Shown in pieces: positions 45,101 to 54,194 of a stretch of 64,000 nucleotides of DNA. Each line of letters starts with the position of its first letter. Position 1 is the first letter of the stretch. The stretch lies in NCBI RefSeq assembly GCF_009914755.1, contig NC_060925.1. The stretch is one strand, 5' to 3'. The stretch is from the human T2T-CHM13v2.0 reference genome, Homo sapiens. Made by a program: the position numbers and the translations under genes. Below the pieces are notes generated by a model. That model had not been told where the DNA came from and did not search any database. It saw only the letters and a program-made list of their open reading frames with translations.

Positions 45101-45419
45101 CAGCTGACGGTAAGGTTCTCTAAATTTCTCTTCTGGGGCAAACTCATCCTCAAGATTCCCCAGTTGAAGTCCAGAAACAAACCCACACACCCTTGTTAAA
45201 AAAACTTTAATGTGATTTTAAAGGAATCTCTGGAATGGCGTGTGTTTGAACGCAGTGCGGCAGACTGGATCTCTGCCGTCCCCCATCCCCAACCTCCAAT
45301 TAAGGTATATACGGCCAGTTGGATGATCCACTGTGCTTTTATTTTAAATCATGATGGACAGATTGCGTGAAAAACAAGGAATTCCAAAGAATTTCCTGCT
45401 CTGGGAAGAGAAGTTAAAT

Positions 45420-45429
45420 CTATATTTAA
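45420..45429. promoter_or_regulatory. MEF2 consensus site
   Basis: CTATATTTAA matches YTA(A/T)4TAR, about 90 nt from the CArG box. Confidence 0.5.
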
Positions 45430-45510
45430 CAACATTTGAAGCTGTCAAGAATGCTTTGTGGTTGGATAACAGAGGCAGAAAAATGTTAAAAACGCAGGCT
45501 ACTGCTATAC

Positions 45511-45520
45511 CCAAATATGG
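45511..45520. promoter_or_regulatory. CArG box / serum response element about -2 kb from CCN1
   Basis: CCAAATATGG matches CC(A/T)6GG; a distal SRE around -2 kb is established for Cyr61. Confidence 0.85.
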
Positions 45521-46950
45521 AAATATTGTTACGTCTGGTGTCTGATTCACCATCTGGAAATACTTACAACCATGAAGTCAAATAGAAAAGACGCCACAAC
45601 AGAAGCCAGGAACCCTCCTCTCCATTCTCTCTCTAGTTCAACCAGTACTGTCCCTGCACCCCTCCTCCCCCCTCCCGCCCCCCGTCACTTCATTAAGAAG
45701 GAAACAATAATGAAATGATAAGGCAGGAAAAACAGTGTTTTGTAAATAATAATTGATGTATTAACCTGTGTACGTGTTGGGCCCACGCTTTCCTCACTGT
45801 ATTTGCATAACACCTGACAATCCATTGTCTTGAAAAGTCTCCCACCCCTAACCCTCTAACAGAGCTTTAGAGATCCCACTCCCTCTAGCAAATGCTGCTT
45901 CCATTTATGAAAGGGCACTTTGGAATGAATGAAACTGAACTCCTTCCTGCAAGAATTCTCTTCACTGGAGTGTGTTTTCATCCTGACAGATTCTCATTGT
46001 GCTTATCAGGAAAGTCAGCATTAGCACTAAGGGCCTTTTCAAGCAAGACTGCTAAATTATGAAGTCTGAATAGCCTTAAACATTAAAAAGGATAAGTAGT
46101 TATCCTAGAGCATATGAGTCTTACATGATAATTTTTATTAAAATTATGCAAAAAGTTTTTGAAACTTGCAGGGAAAGTTTATCAATCACACTAATGGTAT
46201 TGGTGATGTTCAAGTAAATTGTCTTGTGGTGGGGTCTTCTACTGAGTGTGTTGCAAGTAGAACGGGATCTTAAAATCTGCTGACATTTTTACTGCAAAAT
46301 ATTACATCCTAAATCTCTTTTCTGTACTTGGAGAGAAGGGCATTGCAATTCATTTAAAATGGGAGGCTTCCAGTGGTCCCTAGGAAAGGAGTTAAAAACC
46401 CCACAAAATGTCCAGCTTGAAGGAGTCTGCTTTTCCCAGAGATTCATAGGGCACAATGGTCCTGGAATCTGGTTTGGCCTTGCGGTCTTTGCAGGTGATG
46501 ATTTCAGGCCACTCCACGGTGGTCTCCTGCACTTCTGGCTGGCTGCTTGGTTAGCATAGCCTCCTGCCCGCGGAGGGAGGCGGGAAGGGCTTACCCCGTC
46601 TCCTGCATCCGTGAGGAAGTATAAGTCAGCCTCCCGGAGAACTCCCCGCGTTCGTTTCCTCTCGGACTTCCAACCCAGGCAGTGGGCTGGAACTAAAGTG
46701 GGAACCTCCAAAAACAAACAAGTACAACATACCCAAAAGAGGGAAGGGCTGGAGGAGTGGGGGAGACCTCTGCCTGGGAATTTGCCAGACGATGGGCAAG
46801 TTTCCCCCCGCCCCACCCCCCCCCCGCCTTTTCATTCATAAATGCCACTGTGGGTATTAATTTGCAATTCACTGAACTTTGCTAATAAACATCATGCCAA
46901 AGCTTTGGGACTTGTTCCGAACACGCCTCTTTGAAGTCCACAAATATTCC

Positions 46951-46957
46951 TGACTCA
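46951..46957. promoter_or_regulatory. AP-1 site
   Basis: Perfect TGACTCA about 620 nt upstream of the TSS. Confidence 0.7.
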
Positions 46958-47255
46958 GAGACACACTCCTCTTCCCCGTTCTACTCTTTCAACAGATAAC
47001 TTGCCTCTCACCTTCGCTGTAAAAAAGCAAACAGCTCACTGCCTTCCCGGGTGAGGGCTTCAGTGGCTGCCCGGTCAACTCGCATCACCAAACAAAACGA
47101 CTTTTGTTCCTCCCTCTCAGGTCCTCCCACCCACCCAGTCCAGGCAAAGTTCTGAACTGGCCCCCCTCGCCCCTCACGACCCTCCAACTACCATCACCAC
47201 CATCACGCCCCAAAGAACCCTTCCCAACATAAGTCGTAATTTAAGGTGGAAAAAA

Positions 47256-47278
47256 CGAACTGTTTTCTTGACGGGTCT

Positions 47279-47319
<41 letters not shown>

Positions 47320-47362
47320 CGAACTGTTTTCTTGACGGGTCTGGGAGACAGACACACACACA

Positions 47363-47408
<46 letters not shown>
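47256..47408 (+). repeat. 27-bp direct repeat x2, each copy followed by a (CA)n microsatellite
   Basis: CGAACTGTTTTCTTGACGGGTCTGGGA at 47256-47282 and 47320-47346. Confidence 0.95.
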
Positions 47409-47410
<2 letters not shown>

Positions 47411-47458
47411 GGTGCAATGGAGCCAGGGGAGGCGCTTGGCAGCAGCCCGCGCCAACCA

Positions 47459-47466
47459 GCATTCCT
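47459..47466 (+). promoter_or_regulatory. M-CAT/TEAD site
   Basis: GCATTCCT in the proximal promoter; CCN1 is an established YAP/TAZ-TEAD target. Confidence 0.75.
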
Positions 47467-47502
47467 GAGATGTTTGAGAATTCTGGAACGCGCAGACAGA
47501 GC

Positions 47503-47510
47503 CGACGTCA
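47503..47510. promoter_or_regulatory. proximal CRE/ATF site
   Basis: CGACGTCA, a 7/8 match to TGACGTCA, about 30 nt upstream of the TATA box. Confidence 0.75.
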
Positions 47511-47539
47511 CTGCAACACGCGGCGCCTCCGCCGGCCCG

Positions 47540-47546
47540 TATAAAA
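47540..47546 (+). promoter_or_regulatory. TATA box of CCN1
   Basis: TATAAAA in GC-rich context, 254 nt upstream of the ATG. Confidence 0.92.
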
Positions 47547-47569
47547 GGCGGGCTCCGGGGCGCCTGGGC

Positions 47570-47793
47570 AGACCGCGAGCGAGAGCGCCCCCGAGCAGCG
47601 CCCGCGCCCTCCGCGCCTTCTCCGCCGGGACCTCGAGCGAAAGACGCCCGCCCGCCGCCCAGCCCTCGCCTCCCTGCCCACCGGGCCCACCGCGCCGCCA
47701 CCCCGACCCCGCTGCGCACGGCCTGTCCGCTGCACACCAGCTTGTTGGCGTCTTCGTCGCCGCGCTCGCCCCGGGCTACTCCTGCGCGCCACA
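47570..47793 (+). other. CCN1: CCN1 5' UTR (TSS approximately 47570)
   Basis: Starts about 30 nt after TATAAAA at a CA initiator; GC-rich; contains no ATG. Confidence 0.8.
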
Positions 47794-47856
47794 ATGAGCT
47801 CCCGCATCGCCAGGGCGCTCGCCTTAGTCGTCACCCTTCTCCACTTGACCAGGCTG
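47794..47856 (+). CDS. CCN1: CCN1 exon 1 coding part, signal peptide [21 protein letters not shown]
   Basis: GCCACAATGA start context; donor CTG|GTGAGT at 47857. Confidence 0.98.
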
Positions 47857-49851
47857 GTGAGTTGGACTCTCCTTTTGCCACCTATTCCCCGTCCGCTCTC
47901 CAGCCCCTTCCCCTGGTCCCAGATTGCCCACGGCAGGAAAAGTTAAAAAGTTCGCGATCGTTTGCGGGTAGCCGTTTCTTTAAGCACTCTCCCCCTCCCC
48001 CCGAAGACGTGTCGGGACCTCTTGGTGGGAGCAGCCTTCCGAGGTGGCCGGGCTGGACGAGATCAGAGGCTCCCCGTCGATAGGGTCGGAGACCCCCGTC
48101 CCTCACTGCGGCAGCCGCGGCGCCCCTCCTGCGCACCGCGCCGAGTCTCACGCGTATCTTCTCCCCCTTCCAGGCGCTCTCCACCTGCCCCGCTGCCTGC
48201 CACTGCCCCCTGGAGGCGCCCAAGTGCGCGCCGGGAGTCGGGCTGGTCCGGGACGGCTGCGGCTGCTGTAAGGTCTGCGCCAAGCAGCTCAACGAGGACT
48301 GCAGCAAAACGCAGCCCTGCGACCACACCAAGGGGCTGGAATGCAACTTCGGCGCCAGCTCCACCGCTCTGAAGGGGATCTGCAGAGGTAAGATGCTTGT
48401 GGTTTGGCCCCTTTAAAAAAAATACTAGTCCCCATAGTCCAGAAGTTTAGTAATTCTGAGACCATGTATGGTGATGCTTTGTTGTTGGTAGCTTGGCAGA
48501 AAGGCACATGATTTCAGCAGTCTGGAATGCAATTCAGTGTGTCTGGGCCCAACGAAAGCGCATACGGAAAAGTGATTCCTGACTAACTTATTGTTCTGGT
48601 CTGGAGTCTCCGGGGAATTGTAGGGAACTTTACCATAAATTGAATTTAACAGCAGAAAATATGTATGAGTTTCAGGCGGTGGTTTGGAATCTTAACTTTA
48701 TCCCCTTCTACCTTTCTCTTTTGGTGATCTTTGCAGCTCAGTCAGAGGGCAGACCCTGTGAATATAACTCCAGAATCTACCAAAACGGGGAAAGTTTCCA
48801 GCCCAACTGTAAACATCAGTGCACATGTATTGATGGCGCCGTGGGCTGCATTCCTCTGTGTCCCCAAGAACTATCTCTCCCCAACTTGGGCTGTCCCAAC
48901 CCTCGGCTGGTCAAAGTTACCGGGCAGTGCTGCGAGGAGTGGGTCTGTGACGAGGATAGTATCAAGGACCCCATGGAGGACCAGGACGGCCTCCTTGGCA
49001 AGGAGCTGGGATTCGATGCCTCCGAGGTGGAGTTGACGAGAAACAATGAATTGATTGCAGTTGGAAAAGGCAGCTCACTGAAGCGGCTCCCTGGTAAGTG
49101 GAGACTGAGCACTTCAGACACTGTACTGAGATGCATTTCTGGTCTAAATCTTTGTAGAAATGAGTGCTTGAGCCTGTTTGTGTCGGTATGCCTCTGAGAA
49201 GTCTTCCCTCTTATATGTCTCTAGTTTTTGGAATGGAGCCTCGCATCCTATACAACCCTTTACAAGGCCAGAAATGTATTGTTCAAACAACTTCATGGTC
49301 CCAGTGCTCAAAGACCTGTGGAACTGGTATCTCCACACGAGTTACCAATGACAACCCTGAGTGCCGCCTTGTGAAAGAAACCCGGATTTGTGAGGTGCGG
49401 CCTTGTGGACAGCCAGTGTACAGCAGCCTGAAAGTAAGTTCCTTCAGGGACGTGTAGACTGTTGCCTGGCAGGTGGGTGGGATGTGAACATCTTTTTGAA
49501 GAAAGAGAAATATCACCCCTAACTTTCCTTCTCTCCTTTCTCTTACAGAAGGGCAAGAAATGCAGCAAGACCAAGAAATCCCCCGAACCAGTCAGGTTTA
49601 CTTACGCTGGATGTTTGAGTGTGAAGAAATACCGGCCCAAGTACTGCGGTTCCTGCGTGGACGGCCGATGCTGCACGCCCCAGCTGACCAGGACTGTGAA
49701 GATGCGGTTCCGCTGCGAAGATGGGGAGACATTTTCCAAGAACGTCATGATGATCCAGTCCTGCAAATGCAACTACAACTGCCCGCATGCCAATGAAGCA
49801 GCGTTTCCCTTCTACAGGCTGTTCAATGACATTCACAAATTTAGGGACTAA
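47794..49851 (+). CDS. CCN1: CCN family member 1 (CYR61), spliced CDS join(47794..47856,48174..48387,48737..49093,49225..49433,49549..49851), 381 aa
   Basis: Exon lengths 63+214+357+209+303 = 1146 nt give an open frame from [13 protein letters not shown] to HKFRD-stop. All four introns are GT-AG. Domain order is signal peptide, IGFBP, VWC, TSP1, cystine knot, as in CCN proteins. Confidence 0.99.
48174..48387 (+). CDS. CCN1: CCN1 exon 2, IGFBP domain
   Basis: Acceptor CTTCCAG|; translation [11 protein letters not shown]...GCGCCKVC...GICR; donor AG|GTAAGA at 48388. Confidence 0.98.
48737..49093 (+). CDS. CCN1: CCN1 exon 3, VWC domain and hinge
   Basis: Acceptor TTTGCAG|; [34 protein letters not shown]...KRLP; donor TG|GTAAGT at 49094. 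Confidence 0.98.
49225..49433 (+). CDS. CCN1: CCN1 exon 4, TSP1 domain
   Basis: Acceptor TCTCTAG|; [11 protein letters not shown] motif; donor AAA|GTAAGT at 49434. Confidence 0.98.
49549..49851 (+). CDS. CCN1: CCN1 exon 5 coding part, C-terminal cystine knot
   Basis: Long pyrimidine tract then TTACAG|; [10 protein letters not shown]...CKCNYNCP...FRD; TAA at 49849-49851. Confidence 0.98.
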   Translation, partial: KGKKCSKTKKSPEPVRFTYAGCLSVKKYRPKYCGSCVDGRCCTPQLTRTVKMRFRCEDGETFSKNVMMIQSCKCNYNCPHANEAAFPFYRLFNDIHKFRD

Positions 49852-50493
49852 ATGCTACCTGGGTTTCCAGGGCACACCTAGACAAACAAGGGAGAAGAGT
49901 GTCAGAATCAGAATCATGGAGAAAATGGGCGGGGGTGGTGTGGGTGATGGGACTCATTGTAGAAAGGAAGCCTTGCTCATTCTTGAGGAGCATTAAGGTA
50001 TTTCGAAACTGCCAAGGGTGCTGGTGCGGATGGACACTAATGCAGCCACGATTGGAGAATACTTTGCTTCATAGTATTGGAGCACATGTTACTGCTTCAT
50101 TTTGGAGCTTGTGGAGTTGATGACTTTCTGTTTTCTGTTTGTAAATTATTTGCTAAGCATATTTTCTCTAGGCTTTTTTCCTTTTGGGGTTCTACAGTCG
50201 TAAAAGAGATAATAAGATTAGTTGGACAGTTTAAAGCTTTTATTCGTCCTTTGACAAAAGTAAATGGGAGGGCATTCCATCCCTTCCTGAAGGGGGACAC
50301 TCCATGAGTGTCTGTGAGAGGCAGCTATCTGCACTCTAAACTGCAAACAGAAATCAGGTGTTTTAAGACTGAATGTTTTATTTATCAAAATGTAGCTTTT
50401 GGGGAGGGAGGGGAAATGTAATACTGGAATAATTTGTAAATGATTTTAATTTTATATTCAGTGAAAAGATTTTATTTATGGAATTAACCATTT

Positions 50494-50499
50494 AATAAA
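50494..50499 (+). terminator. proximal polyadenylation signal
   Basis: AATAAA in U-rich context with TG-rich sequence downstream. Confidence 0.8.
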
Positions 50500-50738
50500 G
50501 AAATATTTACCTAATATCTGAGTGTATGCCATTCGGTATTTTTAGAGGTGCTCCAAAGTCATTAGGAACAACCTAGCTCACGTACTCAATTATTCAAACA
50601 GGACTTATTGGGATACAGCAGTGAATTAAGCTATTAAAATAAGATAATGATTGCTTTTATACCTTCAGTAGAGAAAAGTCTTTGCATATAAAGTAATGTT
50701 TAAAAAACATGTATTGAACACGACATTGTATGAAGCAC

Positions 50739-50744
50739 AATAAA
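50739..50744 (+). terminator. distal polyadenylation signal
   Basis: AATAAA preceded by TGTA motifs (50710, 50727) and followed by TTTGTGATTT. Confidence 0.8.
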
Positions 50745-53635
50745 GATTCTGAAGCTAAATTTGTGATTTAAGAAAACAGCGCTTCATGTTCATCAGAATA
50801 TAAAGCCTAAGGGTCTCCATCACTCTGTGAGATGGCTATAATAATTTATTATTTTAATCACCAGGTTAGTGGGCATGCCACTTTAGTAGAGTAGAGAAAC
50901 CCTTTAATGAAAAGGGGTAGTCCATAACTCAGGCTGCCCACATCCAGACCCATGGGCAAGATTGAATATAATTAATGTATTCTAAAGACTTGCTTGTTTA
51001 TAACTTTATATTTTCCCAATACCGTTCCTAAAAATTAGAACTACTTAGAAATTTACCCTTGGCTGTTATGAGGAAAAATCTGAGTCTATAGGAGTCAGTT
51101 TGTTTTCACTAAATGAGCTTGAAGCATGACTTGTGTTAATCCTAATAAGCCGGTGATTAGGTAAACATGCTGTTAAATGCAAAGGAATGCAAGGAATTTC
51201 AACTACTTTTCCAATAGCGTGAGGGCCAAGCTACCCCATCCCCCTTTCCTTTTTATAATATACGTTATATTGATGGGGGAGGGAGCAGTTATATAGAGTT
51301 GGCTATTCAGAAGGTCAAAGGTCCAGAGCATTCCTAAAAGAAAGGGACCCAAATCATAGGTCTAGGAGAGGTTGAGAAGGCTGTGTCAATGTTTGTGAAA
51401 ATGTCAGTAGTCTGTTTCAGAAGCATCTTCATCTTTAGAAAGCGCTGACAATAAACCTTTTATAGGGAGAAGTTTTCCTTTCATCATCACTGTTGGCTCC
51501 TGTTCAAATCCATAGTGAAATATTTCAGTCCGCACTTAGTTAAGAGAGTACTTGAGTTTTTAGGCAGAAGAGAAAGTGCTTTTAAAAGGAATGGAGGAGG
51601 ACAGCTCCTGGGATCCTGAAGGGATTTTTCCAAGTAGATTAAATAAGATCCATACTTTAATGAAGACCCACAGAAAAATACTGCCTAAGAAATGGTTTTA
51701 AAGCCTTATGGAAATGCATAGAGGTTAATATAAATGCACTAGTAAAATCTATGGCCAAAAGCCTTCACTTCTGATTTTGACTTGCCTGAAATATTACAGC
51801 TTGTGCCTTCTGAATAGTCAGGTTTCTTGCCTGAGACATTCAAATGTTAAGGTATTTGAGAATTTAAACATCAGCTGGCCCAGTCGTGGATGCAGTTAAA
51901 CTTGTCAGTGCAATGTAACGTGTGAAACATAATAAAGGTGTGAGGCTTTTGTGGTGCAATCTTGTTGAACAGACATCTAAATCCATAGGCAAGATTTACA
52001 CATTCCCAAGCATCAACCCTGAAGTATTGCTCTCCAACACTGGAGTCCAACAAATTGCTTCTTATGCAGAGATCAAGGAGCAATATTTTACAGATCCTTT
52101 CAGTGTGCAGGGAAGTAGTATTTGTCCAAATAAGCTCAAATGTGAAACAGAACCTAGTATGGGAAAACACTGAATCTTTGGGTTATTAATTTCATCCTAG
52201 TAAATATAATGAGGGTGATTGAAAGTGCCAATTCCATTTACAATAAGTGTGTTCAATTAATAAAGAAGATGAATACAAGCAAATTATGTCTTTTGTTTAG
52301 CTATAGAAAAACCTGAAGAAATTAAAAGTAGTGGAGAATAAAATTATGATATTTAGAACACGTAAGTTTTACCTACATCCAGAATGGAGCTCTGCCCACT
52401 TTAAATATTGAGAAAACAAACCAAAAATTATGCATCTGCATATATGAAATAGAAGTTACATATAGAAATATTCATTATAATATATATGTACCTTCCCATG
52501 CACAGTAAAGACCTTGGGTTGTTCTTGCTTTTCAATCCAAAAGATCCTGGTGGTCTTGAGCTATTTTTTGGTAGAGATTTTAGAACTGAGAGAGTGATCT
52601 CAGAATCTTAGGCATTCCACGAATTTTAAGAAATACTCTATGGGACATTGAGCAGCACAGCAAGTAGTCTCACTATGACTATTTTTTCATATGAACATAT
52701 GTGTTGTCTGCTCCACAAAGAGATGCAACTGAGTCAAAATTAGCAAAGCATATTTTAGAGTTATGTTTTCCAACAGAGGGAACAGACTTGGTTTGTTCAC
52801 AACCTCTTCTTGCAGCCTTCTGGCACTACTTGAAAGTCAGTTGAGCAATAGCAGTGGTTCAGTATGACCACAGTACAGAGCAAAGCTATGCTCTGGGCAG
52901 AATGGCAGGTGATACAGTGGAAAGAATCCCATGGAATCATGTCTTTTAGCACCAGCTCTGCCATGAATTCACTAGGTGACTCTGGGCAAGTTTCTGTTTC
53001 ACTCCCTCATGTTAAAGTAGGAAAATAGCTTTCAGCATTTTTGTCACCCCAAAAACCCTTTCTCATACACCCACTTCGGTACATTGGCTCTCATACCTTA
53101 AAACTTTTATCTCCTCAAGTAACCACATGTGTGAACTGAAAACTGCTCAAGGCTTTCTGTCATCAAATGCACTTGTTTCCATGAAGCGTTTGAAAATGTA
53201 TTGTGGCTAGACCCCTTCCCCCCCCTTTACTTTCTAAAGCACCCTTGGTTAGAGGACACAGCAATTCCTGGATCTCAGAGTCTACAGGTCCATACTTTAA
53301 CCTCACTGTATAGCCCTATCCAGGCCTCATTAACTCCTTGCCCTACACAACTGATGCTTTAAAACAAAGCATATTCTGAAACATGACAATGATCCATTTG
53401 TCCTACAAATAGATTAGATATAGCTGTGACTTTCTCCATTGGTGGTGGGCAATATTCATCCATGTAATCTTATAAACTACAATTAATAAATACTCAGATG
53501 CATTTGTTACTGCTTTGCTGTTTCCATATATTCTGTTCATATATTCTGAATCTACCCCTTTCTCATCTCCAGAGCAAACCTCTAGATGAGACCACCATCA
53601 TCCCTTGTCTGAATTACCAGAATGGCCTCCTCATT

Positions 53636-54194
53636 TATAGCATATTGTATTTTCCAAAGGTGGCTGCAGCAATATCTCCCACTCCATGTGCCCTTCTGCA
53701 ATGTGCCTCTGTTGCTCCCCCATTAATGGGGGGGTCTATTTCTCCACCCTCTTGGATGTGGGTGAGCTCTTGACCTGTGAATGTGGAGGAAGCAATGCAA
53801 TGTGGTACAAGTTCCACATGCAGTACTGGCTAGGAGTTCCTCCATCTTTTCTCTTAGAAATGAGCTTCCATGTAAGAAGTACAACTACTCTGAGACCAGC
53901 AGACTGTGAGAAGCTGAAGCCACATGGATAGGCCTTAGAGAATGAGTTGCCATGTGGAGAAAGAGAAAGGACCAGGAGCACTTGGGCATTACACCTGTCC
54001 ATGAAGAAACCATCTTGGAAGTGAATCCTCCAGCCTCAGCCACCCCAGCTGATGTCTTGTGAATCAGAGATGAGCTGCCCAGCTGAGTCCTTCCCATAGT
54101 TCCTGACCCACGAAATAGTGGGCAAACCAATACGGTAATTATAAAGAAATAAGTTTTGGGTTTGTTTGTTACATAGCAATAGATAACCAAAATA
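53636..54194 (+). mobile_element. MaLR LTR (MLT1G/H-like) within L2 remnants
   Basis: TATTTTCCAAAGGTGGCTGCAGCAATATCTCCCA...TTTGTTACATAGCAATAGATAACC. Confidence 0.75.

Larger units (their letters stand above)
47430..48390. promoter_or_regulatory. CpG island over the CCN1 promoter, exon 1, intron 1 and exon 2
   Basis: Very high GC and dense CpG by inspection. Confidence 0.9.
49852..50759 (+). other. CCN1: CCN1 3' UTR with AU-rich elements
   Basis: ATTTA at 50380, 50474, 50490 and 50505, two in TTATTTAT context; ends after the distal AATAAA. Confidence 0.85.

Noticed and set aside
47256-47408. Direct repeats separated by spacers, superficially CRISPR-like
   Set aside because: Only two copies, the spacers are (CA)n microsatellites, the context is a human promoter, and there are no cas genes
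47174-48364. Antisense ORFs over the CCN1 promoter and exons (206 aa, 160 aa, poly-CV)
   Set aside because: By-products of GC richness and (TG)n repeats
48640-48736. N-terminal part of the 185-aa ORF 48640..49197, and likewise the leading parts of ORFs 49164 and 49462
   Set aside because: Intronic read-through upstream of real acceptors; the starts are non-ATG
51456-51466. Possible third CArG box, CCTTTTATAGG
   Set aside because: Seven A/T bases between CC and GG, so it does not match CC(A/T)6GG
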